A stretch of 64,000 bases of DNA, taken from a bacterium. GTDB lineage: Bacteria > Bacteroidota > Ignavibacteria > UBA10030. Shown here one piece after another: positions 1 through 11,306 of the stretch. Location of the stretch: the NCBI GenBank assembly GCA_043803945.1, contig JAZDJN010000061.1:83182-147181 (forward strand), read 5' to 3'. Below the pieces are notes generated by a model. That model saw only the letters and a program-made list of their open reading frames with translations. It was not told the origin of the DNA and did no database searches. Position 1 is the stretch's first letter; every line of letters starts with the position of its first letter. The position numbers were made by a program, and so were the translations under genes.

Positions 1-459
1 TTAGTATTTTGCCTCATTGTGAATCTGTTCTGAAATACGCTTGCCGCACCATTCAACAGCGCTCTTGATCATCTGCTCTGTGAACTCCGTGCAGGTTTCT
101 CCGAGCGCAAAATCCACTGCCGGGATTCCCACCTGCCATGCAATGCGGGGAGCTCTCTTGTACAGCAGTAAACATGTATTGAGAAGTTGTTGAGGAGACA
201 GGGTGTGCGAACTCAGACTGCCAACATCTTCAGATGGCTGTAATAGCTGAATCGCCGGCTCAGTGCCTTCACGAATAGCATCCAGAAAAAAAACCATGGA
301 GTATTCTGCAAGCGATTCGGCAATCTCTAAACTCAATTGATGGGAACAATAACAATCGACTGCTGGAAATTGTTTACTTAAAAGCTCCGCAGCACGAACA
401 CCCGCACCATCATCCCGACGAAGTGTATTCCCGTAGCCAATTATCAGACATGACTTCAT
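1..459 (-). CDS. hoxW: Hydrogenase maturation protease for HoxH
   Basis: IGYGNTLRRDDGAG, FLDA and SSH motifs. The ATG at 459 overlaps the hoxH stop (ATGA), so it is preferred over the ORF-track start at 564. Confidence 0.88.
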   Translation of the reverse strand: MKSCLIIGYGNTLRRDDGAGVRAAELLSKQFPAVDCYCSHQLSLEIAESLAEYSMVFFLDAIREGTEPAIQLLQPSEDVGSLSSHTLSPQQLLNTCLLLYKRAPRIAWQVGIPAVDFALGETCTEFTEQMIKSAVEWCGKRISEQIHNEAKY

Positions 460-1883
460 CGACGCAATTCTTGCACCAATCTCCCCTGAGCATCGAAGAC
501 CTGGAGTTCCATCGGCATTTGACCCAGTGCGTGGGTTGAGCAGGAGAGGCACGGATCGAAACACCGGATTCCTGCTTCGATACGATTGAAAATCCCTTCC
601 CGGATTTCTTTGCCGTCGATATATTGCATCGCGATCTGCCGTACTGTTCGGTTCATGGCCAGATTATTCTGTGCCGTTGCGATCAGCATGTTGACGTTCT
701 TCAGCACCCCATTTTCATCAACCCAATAATGGTGGAAGAGAGTTCCCCGCGGCGCTTCGCAGAAGCCAACACCCTCAAAGCGATTGACCACCGCTTTCGA
801 GCGTACATGCACATCGAGCAGAGCGGGATCATTCAGTAATATTTCTATTTTTTCTACGGCAAAGAGCATTTCAATCAACCGTGCGTAGTGGAAATAAAAC
901 GAATTGTTCACCGCTTCGGCTTTTCCTGCCATTGCTTTAAATATTTTTCGCTCCGCCTCAGCGAGCGGTGTCTCGATATAATCACAAATATTCACACGTG
1001 CCAGAGGGCCGACACGGTACATTCCCCGCTGGTACCCCAGTCCTTTGTAATACGGGAACTTGAGATACGACCAGCTCTCCGATTTTTCGGCAAAGTATTC
1101 ATAGTATTTCCGCGGATTCAGTTTTTCGGCGATGATATTACCGTCGCCATCCATGATGCGGAGGTACCCGTCGTAATATTCCAGGCCGCCATCTTCCGAT
1201 ACCAGGCCGACAAAGAGAGAGCGGAAGTTTCCGAAGTTCGGAATTTCCGTCTCGTACTGCTTATGCACTTTCTTTATCGTTGCAAGGGCAAGCAGCGCGG
1301 TTTCTTTCATCTCCGGAATTTTCCCGAGGAGATACTCCTTTTTACTTTTATCAAACGGCTCCCGTACCCCGCCTGCCACCGCCCAAGGTGTGTGGATTCT
1401 CCGGCCGCCCAGAGCTTCAATGATCTCCTGACCAAACTTTCGTAAGAGAATACCGCGTCGTGCAAACTCCTTGTCTGCAGCGATCAGTCCAAAGATATTC
1501 CTCTTCGCCGGATCAGAATCAAATCCTAGAAGGAAATCTGGAGAGGAGAGATGGAAGAAGCTGAGCGCATGCGATTGCGTCCACTGTGCCAATGTCAGGA
1601 GCCGGCGGAGCATCTGTGCCGTTTCCGGGATGGAGACAGCAAGAATTTCATCCCCCGCCTTGGCGGAGGCAATAAGATGGCTTGCCGGACAGATCCCGCA
1701 AATTCGGGATGTTAATCCGGGCATTTCCCACATCAATCGCCCCTGGCAGAATTTTTCGAATCCCCGGAACTCGTTGACATGAAAACGGGCATCTTCCACA
1801 ACATTCTTGTCATCCAAGTGAATTGTGATTTTGGCGTGCCCCTCAATGCGGGTCACCGGCTCAATGGTTATGATCTTCGGCAT
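456..1883 (-). CDS. hoxH: Group 3d bidirectional [NiFe]-hydrogenase large subunit
   Basis: RIEGHAK, RICGICP (L1) and DPCLSCSTH (L2) with a C-terminal extension; hoxEFUY context. Confidence 0.95.
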   Translation of the reverse strand: MPKIITIEPVTRIEGHAKITIHLDDKNVVEDARFHVNEFRGFEKFCQGRLMWEMPGLTSRICGICPASHLIASAKAGDEILAVSIPETAQMLRRLLTLAQWTQSHALSFFHLSSPDFLLGFDSDPAKRNIFGLIAADKEFARRGILLRKFGQEIIEALGGRRIHTPWAVAGGVREPFDKSKKEYLLGKIPEMKETALLALATIKKVHKQYETEIPNFGNFRSLFVGLVSEDGGLEYYDGYLRIMDGDGNIIAEKLNPRKYYEYFAEKSESWSYLKFPYYKGLGYQRGMYRVGPLARVNICDYIETPLAEAERKIFKAMAGKAEAVNNSFYFHYARLIEMLFAVEKIEILLNDPALLDVHVRSKAVVNRFEGVGFCEAPRGTLFHHYWVDENGVLKNVNMLIATAQNNLAMNRTVRQIAMQYIDGKEIREGIFNRIEAGIRCFDPCLSCSTHALGQMPMELQVFDAQGRLVQELRR

Positions 1884-1953
1884 AGGTCTCTTCTCAAATA
1901 GAATTCGTTCTCACACGTTCACAGGCTGCACAAGACCGCCTGCGTTCTTTTCG

Positions 1954-2490
1954 TTATCCAAAGCGGAGGTAGACAGTCGTCAATTCCGGAATTTTTCCCT
2001 GGAGCAGTTCACCCATCGCAAACCAGATTTGTTCCGGCGTCGGAGGGCATCCATGGAGAAAAGCATCCACCGTTATTATTTCATGGAGCGGCCGCGCCTG
2101 GGGGAGCAGTTTTGCAATCGTCAAGAAATCCGATGGAATACTTGGCTCGGCATCGGCCAGCGTCACATAAGAATGATGGATGATCTCATCGGGGCTGAAC
2201 TTGTTCCGCAGTGCCGTCACATTCCCTGTCGTGGCACAATCGCCAAAGGAGATCACAAATTTGGAATTCTTCCGGATGGTATGGGCAAGCTCTTCATTCT
2301 CCACATTGGAAACTGCTCCTTCCACCAGCGTAACATCGACATCCTTTGGGAAATGCTTCACATCTGCCAGGGGTGAGAAGACAATATCCATCTTATCGGC
2401 AAGTTCGATGAGCCGTTCGTCCATGTCGAGGAATGACATATGACATCCCGAACATCCTCCCAGCCATACAGTTGCTACTTTTGGTTTCAT
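1954..2490 (-). CDS. hoxY: Bidirectional hydrogenase small subunit
   Basis: GGCSGC, FGDCA and HGCPP motifs; short (178 aa) single-cluster form. Confidence 0.93.
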   Translation of the reverse strand: MKPKVATVWLGGCSGCHMSFLDMDERLIELADKMDIVFSPLADVKHFPKDVDVTLVEGAVSNVENEELAHTIRKNSKFVISFGDCATTGNVTALRNKFSPDEIIHHSYVTLADAEPSIPSDFLTIAKLLPQARPLHEIITVDAFLHGCPPTPEQIWFAMGELLQGKIPELTTVYLRFG

Positions 2491-2596
2491 GGTCTACTCT
2501 TCCATATTCTATAATGTTTGATTCCTTTGGAGAACAGCCACCGCTCTTTACTCTCGTATCGTGTTAACGATGGCATACGCCGACATCCAGGATCGC

Positions 2597-3331
2597 TTAT
2601 TCCTCTCCTGTTTCCACGCCAATCCATTCGTGCTTACTGCGGGCCGTGACGATATATTTCAGAAAATCACGCTGCTTCTGCATTTCGGCGATCGTCGCAC
2701 CTTTTTCCACCAGTGCTCCAACCGGACAAACCATCACGCATTTACCGCAGGAAGTGCACCGGTCTGATGTCCCCCACGGTTGATTCATATCGCAGATGAT
2801 CTCGCAGTTGATTCCACGGCCTGCAACATCCCACACATGCGCCCCCTCGACCTCATGGCACACACGCAGGCAGCGGGTGCAAAGCACACACCGGTTGCGG
2901 TCCATAATGAAATCCCTATGCGTCGCATCCAGATCCTTCTTGGGATAGAGGTACGGAAATCGCACATACTGCAGTCCGACATCATAGGCGAGATTCTGCA
3001 ATTCACAGTGACTGTTGACAACACAGACGGCACACTGGTGATTTCCTTCCGAGGCAAGCAACTCTATGATCATCCTCCGGTATCGCTTCAGTCGATCCGT
3101 ATTGGTGGAGACCACCATCCCCTCAATCGGACGCGTTGTACAGGCCGGAGCAAGCTTTGTCCAACCTTTCACTTCCAGGAGACAAAGACGGCACGCTCCG
3201 ACATCCGATAATCCATCAAGATTGCAGAGTGTCGGAATATGAATTTTATGTTGACGCGCAATTTCGAGCAGGGTTTCGCTGTCGTTTGCACTCAGTTGGT
3301 GTTCATCGATTGTTAATGTGACTATGGCCAT
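2597..3331 (-). CDS. hoxU: Diaphorase Fe-S subunit
   Basis: IPTLC..GACRLC (2Fe-2S), HQCAVC, CVLCTRC and CTSCGKC. Confidence 0.93.
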   Translation of the reverse strand: MAIVTLTIDEHQLSANDSETLLEIARQHKIHIPTLCNLDGLSDVGACRLCLLEVKGWTKLAPACTTRPIEGMVVSTNTDRLKRYRRMIIELLASEGNHQCAVCVVNSHCELQNLAYDVGLQYVRFPYLYPKKDLDATHRDFIMDRNRCVLCTRCLRVCHEVEGAHVWDVAGRGINCEIICDMNQPWGTSDRCTSCGKCVMVCPVGALVEKGATIAEMQKQRDFLKYIVTARSKHEWIGVETGEE

Positions 3332-3340
3332 ATCGAATTC

Positions 3341-4996
3341 CTACTTTGCAATGGTTTCAGGCTCGTGGGTCGCTTGCGAAGGAATGAATACCTCACGTTC
3401 CTTCAACAGCTCTTCATATTCATGCTTGAAGAATCGCAGTGTGGAAAGGACAGGATTTGGAGCCGATTGACCCAATCCGCAAAGACTCGTCTCCTTCACC
3501 ATCATACAGAGTTCCTCCAGCAGGGTGAGATCGTCAATCGTACCTTTCCCCTGAGATATTTTATCAAGAATATTATAAATTTGAACCGTTCCGACCCTGC
3601 ATGGGACACATTTCCCGCACGACTCATCCATGCAGAATTCCATAAAGTATTTTGCCACTTCGACCATCTTCGACGTTGAATCCATAACGATCATGCCACC
3701 GCTCCCCATGATCGAACCAACGGCTGGCAGCGAGTCGTAATCGACCGGCAGATCAAGATGTTCTTCCGGGATGCATCCTCCGGACGGTCCGCCAGTCTGT
3801 GCCGCTTTGAATTTCGTTCCTTCGGGTGTCCCACCTCCAATGTCGAAAATGATTTTTCTGAGCGGAACTCCCATGGGTACTTCGATGAGTCCCGTATTAT
3901 TGATTTTTCCGGCGAGGGCGAACACTTTTGTTCCCGCGCTTTTCGGCGTTCCGAAACCAGTAAACCATTCCGAACCATTGCGGATAATCGGGGCGATATT
4001 GGCGAAGGTCTCCACATTGTTGATCAATGTGGGCATACCCCAAAGGCCTTTCTCTGCCGGGTAGGGAGGTCGCGGGCGGGGACGGCCGCGTCGTCCTTCA
4101 ATCGATCGAAGTAATGCCGTCTCTTCGCCGCAAACGAATGCCCCCGCACCAATGCGGATGTCAATCCGGAAGTTAAACTGGGAATCGAAAATTCTATTCC
4201 CGAGAATTCCCAGCCGCTCCGCCTGCTTGATTGCAACTTTCAATCGATCGATAGCGAGCGGATATTCAGCGCGCACATAGATGAATCCCTGGTTCGCACC
4301 AACAGCATAGCCGCCGATTGCCATACCCTCCAAGACCCGGTGCGGATCACCTTCAAGAACACTGCGATCCATAAATGCACCCGGATCACCTTCATCGGCA
4401 TTACAGACAACATACTTCTGGTCATTCTTTACTTTGCGGACAATTCCCCACTTGAGACCGGTTGGGAATCCGGCGCCGCCGCGCCCTCGCAATCCGCTTC
4501 GGCGGATTATTTCGATGACCTCATCGGGCGACATTTCCGTCAAGGCACGGGATAGAGGTTCATAGCCATCGACAGCAATATATTCTTCAATGCTCTCGGC
4601 ATTGATCCTGCCGCTATTTTCCAGGACAATCTTTTGCTGGTAGATAAAGAAGGGATGGTCGGCGGGGATGAGGTTCGATTCAACAACTTTGCCTTCAACC
4701 AGGTGCTCTTCAACGATTCTCTTCGCTACCGTCTCATCCACTTTGGAGTAGGTGGTTTCATTCGGGAAGACTTTCACCATGGGGCCTTCACCGCACAATC
4801 CCATGCACCCCGACCCAATGAGCTCGCATTGTTTATCGAGATTCTTCTCTTTCAGTGCAGCGGCGAGTGCGTCCTTTACGCCATTGCTGCCGCAGGATAT
4901 ACAGCCGGCAGCGGCGCAGTACAACAAGCGGAATTTATATTTTTCCTGACGTGCGCGTTCTTTTTCAGTTAGTTCTTGTAGTTCTTCCAGTGTCAT
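3341..4996 (-). CDS. hoxF: Diaphorase FMN/NAD subunit (NuoF-like)
   Basis: [27 protein letters not shown] and ESCGKCVPC. The ATG at 4996 overlaps the hoxE stop. Confidence 0.95.
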   Translation of the reverse strand: MTLEELQELTEKERARQEKYKFRLLYCAAAGCISCGSNGVKDALAAALKEKNLDKQCELIGSGCMGLCGEGPMVKVFPNETTYSKVDETVAKRIVEEHLVEGKVVESNLIPADHPFFIYQQKIVLENSGRINAESIEEYIAVDGYEPLSRALTEMSPDEVIEIIRRSGLRGRGGAGFPTGLKWGIVRKVKNDQKYVVCNADEGDPGAFMDRSVLEGDPHRVLEGMAIGGYAVGANQGFIYVRAEYPLAIDRLKVAIKQAERLGILGNRIFDSQFNFRIDIRIGAGAFVCGEETALLRSIEGRRGRPRPRPPYPAEKGLWGMPTLINNVETFANIAPIIRNGSEWFTGFGTPKSAGTKVFALAGKINNTGLIEVPMGVPLRKIIFDIGGGTPEGTKFKAAQTGGPSGGCIPEEHLDLPVDYDSLPAVGSIMGSGGMIVMDSTSKMVEVAKYFMEFCMDESCGKCVPCRVGTVQIYNILDKISQGKGTIDDLTLLEELCMMVKETSLCGLGQSAPNPVLSTLRFFKHEYEELLKEREVFIPSQATHEPETIAK

Positions 4997-5511
4997 GCTG
5001 CAGCCTCCTTCTCTTTCTGCCAAACCTTGACCCGTTCAAGAGATATCTCTGCGGTCATTTTCCCGGCAACCTCCGTATCGAGAACGCCAACCGGTGCAAT
5101 GCCGCATGAGCCGACACAGCGGGCAGAGATGAGAGAAATATTTTGATCGGGTGTCGTTTCACCGAACTTCACCCCGCAATGGCACTCCACCGCCTTCTGA
5201 ATGTCGGAGGCACCTTTGACATAACATGCGGTTCCGAGACAAAGAACGAACGTGTGCTTGCCCGTCGGTTTCATGCGGAAGAAGTGATAGAATGTTGCGA
5301 CGCCATAGACCTGGCTCAGCGGGCGCCTCAAGGCGCGGGCAACATAGATGAGCAGGTCATTTTCGAGATAGCCGAAGATGCCTTGCGCCACATGGAGGAT
5401 TTCGATGAGTGCATCGCCCTTGCCTTGATGTTTTGTGATCGCGCGATCCAGCAGCTTGAAGCGATTATCACCGCTGGGGTGGGCTGCAGTTTTTTTCGTT
5501 TCGGTTGCCAT
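4993..5511 (-). CDS. hoxE: Diaphorase 2Fe-2S subunit (NuoE-like)
   Basis: [14 protein letters not shown] and CVGSC motifs. Confidence 0.93.
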   Translation of the reverse strand: MATETKKTAAHPSGDNRFKLLDRAITKHQGKGDALIEILHVAQGIFGYLENDLLIYVARALRRPLSQVYGVATFYHFFRMKPTGKHTFVLCLGTACYVKGASDIQKAVECHCGVKFGETTPDQNISLISARCVGSCGIAPVGVLDTEVAGKMTAEISLERVKVWQKEKEAAA

Positions 5512-5529
5512 GGGATTTGTGTGAGTGTG

Positions 5530-6201
5530 CTAAGTTGAACGGTTTATGGATAAATCATGGACCTGTTGTTCCAGCCAGGTGCACCATTCGGGAATTCCCG
5601 CAAGCGACGTGCACGACGTCTCAAAGACTTTCAGGCGTGGATTAATCGAGAGTGCATTCTTTTTCAGAACAGCGACATTGGCATTCAGGTACGGGAGCAA
5701 ATCGATTTTATTGATTATGAGTACCGAAGCATTCATGAACATGGAGGGATACTTGAGCGGCTTGTCATCCCCTTCCGTGGTGCTTGCCACGACAATTTTC
5801 ATTGCTTCGCCGAGATCGTAGTTCGACGGGCAAACGAGATTACCGACATTTTCAATCACGAGCAGCTGGACATCCTGCATGGAAAGATTCGACAGTGCAT
5901 CTTGCACCAGTTTCGCATCGAGGTGGCAGCCGCCGTTGGTCACAATCTGAACGACCGGCACACCGAATGCAGCAACGCGCTGTGCATCCAGATCTGTCTG
6001 CACATCGCCTTCGATGACTGCTATGCAAAGTTTTCCCGCGCTCTGTTTCAATGTTTGCTCAAGGAGACTTGTTTTCCCTGAGCCGGGTGAACTCACAAGA
6101 TTAATTGCTAGAATATTCTTTTCTTGGAAGAGCGCGCGGTTTTGCTCTGCGAGCTGATCGTTCTTTTCCAGTACTTTTCGTTCGATCGTGATAATGCTCA
6201 C
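5530..6201 (-). CDS. hypB: Hydrogenase nickel incorporation GTPase
   Basis: SSPGSGKT, GCHLDA, ENVGNLVCP and NKIDL. Confidence 0.96.
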   Translation of the reverse strand: MSIITIERKVLEKNDQLAEQNRALFQEKNILAINLVSSPGSGKTSLLEQTLKQSAGKLCIAVIEGDVQTDLDAQRVAAFGVPVVQIVTNGGCHLDAKLVQDALSNLSMQDVQLLVIENVGNLVCPSNYDLGEAMKIVVASTTEGDDKPLKYPSMFMNASVLIINKIDLLPYLNANVAVLKKNALSINPRLKVFETSCTSLAGIPEWCTWLEQQVHDLSINRST

Positions 6202-6560
6202 CGGAGCACTCCCTGGGCATCCGCTAATTCAATGTCCATCACCTGGAGTTCTCTTCCGGAGAGAATTGTCGTGTCGGCACCGCCGCAATGTGAGCAAAGC
6301 TGGTGTCCGATATCGTTGCTGGAATCTTTTCCACAGATCTTACAATTCAGGATGAATGGAATATGATCGATCTCGAGATGAGCCGCGTGAAGAGAAGTTC
6401 GAGCTGTGAGAGCAGAAAAAGAAAAATCTAGTGAGTCGGGGACAATGCCGGCGAGTTTACCAAGTTTGATCCGTACCGCCCTGACGTATGGAACATCGGG
6501 TTCGGGAATGTATTGATGAACGATATCGACAATGCTTTGTGCTACTGATAATTCATGCAT
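6198..6560 (-). CDS. hypA: Hydrogenase nickel metallochaperone
   Basis: MHELS N-terminus (ATG at 6560), two CxxC motifs and GREL. Confidence 0.95.
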   Translation of the reverse strand: MHELSVAQSIVDIVHQYIPEPDVPYVRAVRIKLGKLAGIVPDSLDFSFSALTARTSLHAAHLEIDHIPFILNCKICGKDSSNDIGHQLCSHCGGADTTILSGRELQVMDIELADAQGVLR

Positions 6561-6838
6561 ACCATTCCGCTCCACTTAGAATCAAGAAATTCCAACGACG
6601 CTCATCACAAGTTTTGGAGCTACCGGGCGTTGGGATGAAGGTAGAATATTCTTATTTAAAAAACCACAAGAGAAAAAATAAGGGGTGCGAGAGGACGAGG
6701 GTAAGAGGGTAAGAGTTGGATGAGCGTAATATCAGGAAAATACCTTCTGTTGGTTCCGGTAATTTTCTGCGAAGATGACCGGCAACTGATCTTAGTTCTA
6801 TCTGAGAAAAGTGATAGTCTAGGAGTGTTATTCATTCA

Positions 6839-8212
6839 CTATGTCATCTCTTTGCTGATATATCGATCATCATAATAGGTAATCAGATCTATCGCGCTTT
6901 CCTTATGCTTATAAATTACTATCTGAGGCGCAGGTATGATTTGTCCTAAATCTCTATAATGAAAGCTTAATCCATAAGCAACGGCTAGTCGATGATAATC
7001 ATTCATAGGCAAATTTCTTGCAATCAACTCATCAGGCTTCTGGAGGGGCTCATAACGAAAAGGGCTACGATCTTTATAATTCCCATGTAAGTAATCATTC
7101 ACAACCTTTAATAATACGGTATGATAGAAATTCAACTGAGAACCACCGCCACAGAAGTGGCAGGGAATTCCTCTCTTCCAGTCCCTTGATTCTGAATTAA
7201 GCCTAACCATTCTATCGATTGAGCGAGTAAAAGAAAGGCGACATTCATTCAGGAATGTTTCATCACCTTTATCGCATAAATCTTCGACAATTTTATAAAT
7301 CTTCTCTTTCGGAAACATTTCCTCTATTCGATTATGAACCGGTGCCATTGGATCATTCCAATGAGCATCAGATTTAAGATTACTCACAAAGCAATCCAAC
7401 AATAGTTTCCTTCTATATTCCTGCAATCTCAGTGCTCCATTAAGGGTTACAATAGCTGTGAAAAATGGGAACTGGTCTTGGCCATCCTTCCTAAATAAAT
7501 TAAAAGCACATACATCCAGTGTATTTGCGCCAATATCAACTATGACATGCATTCCATCTTGCCTTTTATCAGAATTTGCATATCCTAAGAATTCAGCAAT
7601 AACTTCTGGGATGGTATTAATATTTTCTCGTAGAATCTCTGACTCAAAAGTGATATCACCTGCTTGGTTAAGTAAGGGCTCAATATCATTGATATTTACC
7701 GGCTGTTCTTTTTCTGATAGTTTCCAGGCTACAATCCCAATCTGCTTGAACAATGGATCAAGAACTTCATGCTTATAGATTTGAGATGGTACACCTATAT
7801 TCAGGCGCCACTGTATGTGTGAAGAAGAAAACTCTCTACCATGTTCCAATTCGAACCAGTTTCGTATATATGCAATTGTCAGTGCATTGTATGCTATTGC
7901 AAGTATCCGAGCTTCTAAACTTCGAAAATCTCCACTTGTTGGGTTTACAAATAGTTGAGGATCTTCGAGTAAACACTCTTTGCTCGATGAGAACCTTGAC
8001 CAACTATCGTTGACCTTCAGAGAACAATCACCCTCTTTTGATATCCATATACTTGCAGGTAATAGAAAACAATTTGTTTTGTGTCCATATTTGCCAAAAT
8101 AAACCGCCCATTTTTTTTGACCGACAACATATGGTGCTTGTACAACAGCTTTTGTACATGCTGTACCAAAATCTAGCCCAATTATTAATGGGATATTTCT
8201 CTTCTCAAGCAT
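6839..8212 (-). CDS. Actin/Hsp70/FtsA-superfamily ATPase-like protein of unknown function
   Basis: Actin-fold motifs in order: IGLDFGT (phosphate 1), IPEVIA (connect 1), VDIGANTLD (phosphate 2), CGGGS (adenosine), LAVAYGL (connect 2). AT-rich. Confidence 0.72.
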   Translation of the reverse strand: MLEKRNIPLIIGLDFGTACTKAVVQAPYVVGQKKWAVYFGKYGHKTNCFLLPASIWISKEGDCSLKVNDSWSRFSSSKECLLEDPQLFVNPTSGDFRSLEARILAIAYNALTIAYIRNWFELEHGREFSSSHIQWRLNIGVPSQIYKHEVLDPLFKQIGIVAWKLSEKEQPVNINDIEPLLNQAGDITFESEILRENINTIPEVIAEFLGYANSDKRQDGMHVIVDIGANTLDVCAFNLFRKDGQDQFPFFTAIVTLNGALRLQEYRRKLLLDCFVSNLKSDAHWNDPMAPVHNRIEEMFPKEKIYKIVEDLCDKGDETFLNECRLSFTRSIDRMVRLNSESRDWKRGIPCHFCGGGSQLNFYHTVLLKVVNDYLHGNYKDRSPFRYEPLQKPDELIARNLPMNDYHRLAVAYGLSFHYRDLGQIIPAPQIVIYKHKESAIDLITYYDDRYISKEMT

Positions 8213-11200
8213 TTTTAATAATTCCCAGACCTACCAGAGATGAGTGAGCCTTCACACTTTTCTTTGAGTTCAGGATAATTTTTCGTTGTGATACGTTACT
8301 TGTGATCAGTTCTATTTTTCTTTGTTCAGCTTTTGCCAACGGGATTCTTCCATTCCTCTGATGCTCTTTAATGATACTATTTCGCCGTTCTGTTTGCTTT
8401 TTCAGGTGTTCATCAAGCATCCGTTCTTGGATTTGAACTCGATCCCAATTTCTATTTTCTTCCTGTGAAACATATTCTTTATACTGATTTCTTAAATTTT
8501 CCACACATTTTTCGACCGCCCTTAGTCCAAGAAAAGCTAAATCGATCTGCTCTTCTGCTCCCAAAAAGTCTTCCCCTTCTTCAAGTGCCGTCCGAACTAA
8601 CCTTTCTGCAGTTTCACCCTCCATGATAGTAGACTGTTCATTAACATTTAGTGCGCAATACTGAATTTGCTCAACATCGCGCAGTCCTTCTATTGACCAC
8701 CTCTCAATTACATAAATAAATATTCCAGGTAAGAGATCTGCATGTTCATGCAGTTCGATGAACGCAATTGGGTGATCGAGTATGTTGGATTGATCAAGAG
8801 AAGAGCTTAGCCAATGAATTAATGGGTGAGTTTGGTTAATGATTTCTGCTTTCTCTTTATTTCCTACGCTGATTTTATTTTGAAATATACACCTCACAGG
8901 ACGAGGATCGCTGCTACTCATCTGAGTGGGTTTCTGGATCCCGTATTTACGTATGTATTCTTGAAAGGCAACTTTCGCGCGATCGGTCAGTGTGATTTCG
9001 TAAATCTCTTCCGTAAAGGGTGTCGGTTGAATTTGACATCCAGAGTAAAAACGTGAAAGGGTTAACTTAGTATAGAGTAGAAGGTCCCTTGAAGATATCT
9101 GTCTGTTTAACTCTCTTGCCGCATTAATTTCTTTAATAATATAATCACCGTAACGCACCAAAAAAGCAGACTGATTCTCCAGTTCAAGTTCAGACTTATA
9201 CCTATTTTCAAGCACCTTTTCTGTTTGTACTATTCGTTGCTCTTCTTGCTCTGAACTCAGGTTCTTACTGAGAAGTTCATATGTTAATTTTCGGATCTCA
9301 TTTCCTAAGACAGGCTCAATTCCTCCTAATGCTCCTCCGATCATTTGTAATCGTTGATAGAGTCGGCTATAGATCCTATCGTCAATGGTATCTTTATAGA
9401 ATAGATACCAAATCAGCAGCTTCTCTGCTTTTTGCCCTATTCTATCAATTCTCCCAATCCGCTGTTCAATTCTCATGGGATTCCAAGGCAAATCATAGTT
9501 TATGAGAAATGCACAAAACTGAAGGTCAATACCCTCGCTACCAATTTCTGATGAGAGAAGTATTTGGGGGCCTGTGGGATTTGAAAAGCTTTCAAGCACT
9601 TCGCTTTTTGATCTCGAAATCTTTCCATGCAAAACAATACAATTGAATTCATCCTCACTCAGTCGCTCATACAAATAGTCAAGGGTGGCAATGAAATATG
9701 AAAATATGATAATTTTATCATGTGGATAGCGTTTTATGAAATCCCTTATCATTTCTTGCAGCCGATTATATTTTGAATCGTATTCTCTGAGAGCCTTGAC
9801 CTCTCCGAAGTTTTCCAATTCTTGGAAGAGATTTGCCAACAATGGACCTGGCTCGATAACTTCAAGATCAGCATTTTCATTTTCCTCAATGCTTTTATCG
9901 AATAATTCTTTTCGTTCTTTCCAACAGCTTAACGATGCTGCCATACTGCTCGACATCTGACGCTGTGGAGTTGTAAGAAGAAAACCCTCTGCATAATCGT
10001 ATCTACTACAAAATTCACGAACAAAATTGGTCACTTTTTGATAGAATATTGATTCCTCGGGAGTCATTTCAATTGGTTCTGGTATAGGCTCTCGAATAGC
10101 GCACAACTCCTGAACATCCCGTCTCCGAGTTCTCGTTATTACATTCCCAAGCAAGTTTACTGAATCTACCGTTTTGACAATTCGGTCTTTAATTTTTGAA
10201 TCCAGCGATTCATCACTCTTATCGATCAAATTCATTAACAGCTGGAGCTGCTTACCATCTTTTAATAACGGATTCTTAAGCGCAGCATTAATTGCAGTTA
10301 TTAGTTCCGATTTCGATGGTGAATGTGATTCCACTATTCTACGAATGTTCATTAATGGCTCATTTGCCCTTAAAATGGAATCAAAGGATTGCAGGTTGTC
10401 AAAAGTGTCTTGGTCTACCAAGTTGAGAAGTTGAAACAAATCTTCATTGCGAAGATGTATCGGTGTTGCCGAGAGAAGTACGATATATTCTGATGCATCT
10501 CTTAAGAGCCTGCCTAATTGAGCTGTTTGAGATTCAGGATTCCTTAAATAGTGTGCTTCATCAATTATGAGAAGATCAATTAACGGCTCTTCCATTGAAT
10601 GCTCTCGAAGAAACCTGGCGAGTTTTGATACAATTTGTTGGTCCTGTTCTTCACCAGTACTCCACCAATATTTATGTGGACGAAGTCCCTGTAAACTCCC
10701 AACCATAGTAAATCGAGTCGTGTTTGGATTTGACAATGTAGTTTCCAAATTAGACAGAAGCTCAGCAGCATTGCATAGTTGGGGTTGAATACCAAATCTT
10801 TGAGTCAATTCAGGAATCCATTTATCTTTTTGAAGCATCGCTGGACACAGAACCAGGGCTCGCTTAATATCTACCCTGCTCTGGAATTCAGTCAAGATTA
10901 AACCTGCTTCAATTGTTTTGCCCAGACCAACTTCATCGGCAATTAGAATTCCTTTCCCTGGTGCATCAAGCATTTTTAATACCGGTTTGAATTGATAAGC
11001 ATAGAACTCGGTATTAGTTGTATTCATACTATAAAGAGTGTTCGCCAATCGACCCGTTAGCCGAATGTGGGTTAAAAGTCCTCTAAGGTCTTTAACACTT
11101 CCCGTTTTTTCTTTGGCAAATAAATGAAGGGGGTGCTCTTGGGTGGAAGGAACAAGTTCGAGTTGATCTTCTTGTATCCACTGATCTCGCTCTGAAAATC

Positions 11201-11306
11201 GCACTAGAAATTCTCTTCCAGTTCCAGAGAGGTAAGGGGGATTATCTAAAATAACTCCATTTCGGTTTGGATCAGAGATCAATCTTACCTGGTTGCCTGC
11301 TTGCAA
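8205..11306 (-). CDS. SNF2/RapA-like SF2 helicase
   Basis: ADEVGLGKT, IIDEAH, LSATP, SEGIDLQ, YDLPWNP and QRIGRIDRIGQ. TTG start; overlaps the downstream gene by 8 bp. Confidence 0.9.
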   Translation of the reverse strand: MQAGNQVRLISDPNRNGVILDNPPYLSGTGREFLVRFSERDQWIQEDQLELVPSTQEHPLHLFAKEKTGSVKDLRGLLTHIRLTGRLANTLYSMNTTNTEFYAYQFKPVLKMLDAPGKGILIADEVGLGKTIEAGLILTEFQSRVDIKRALVLCPAMLQKDKWIPELTQRFGIQPQLCNAAELLSNLETTLSNPNTTRFTMVGSLQGLRPHKYWWSTGEEQDQQIVSKLARFLREHSMEEPLIDLLIIDEAHYLRNPESQTAQLGRLLRDASEYIVLLSATPIHLRNEDLFQLLNLVDQDTFDNLQSFDSILRANEPLMNIRRIVESHSPSKSELITAINAALKNPLLKDGKQLQLLMNLIDKSDESLDSKIKDRIVKTVDSVNLLGNVITRTRRRDVQELCAIREPIPEPIEMTPEESIFYQKVTNFVREFCSRYDYAEGFLLTTPQRQMSSSMAASLSCWKERKELFDKSIEENENADLEVIEPGPLLANLFQELENFGEVKALREYDSKYNRLQEMIRDFIKRYPHDKIIIFSYFIATLDYLYERLSEDEFNCIVLHGKISRSKSEVLESFSNPTGPQILLSSEIGSEGIDLQFCAFLINYDLPWNPMRIEQRIGRIDRIGQKAEKLLIWYLFYKDTIDDRIYSRLYQRLQMIGGALGGIEPVLGNEIRKLTYELLSKNLSSEQEEQRIVQTEKVLENRYKSELELENQSAFLVRYGDYIIKEINAARELNRQISSRDLLLYTKLTLSRFYSGCQIQPTPFTEEIYEITLTDRAKVAFQEYIRKYGIQKPTQMSSSDPRPVRCIFQNKISVGNKEKAEIINQTHPLIHWLSSSLDQSNILDHPIAFIELHEHADLLPGIFIYVIERWSIEGLRDVEQIQYCALNVNEQSTIMEGETAERLVRTALEEGEDFLGAEEQIDLAFLGLRAVEKCVENLRNQYKEYVSQEENRNWDRVQIQERMLDEHLKKQTERRNSIIKEHQRNGRIPLAKAEQRKIELITSNVSQRKIILNSKKSVKAHSSLVGLGIIKNA

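Noticed and set aside
8205-11306. Housekeeping rapA, or a named system (Zorya, DISARM, Hma)
   Set aside because: The AT-rich inserted context argues against a core gene, and no zorAB, methyltransferase or other partner genes are present in the window.
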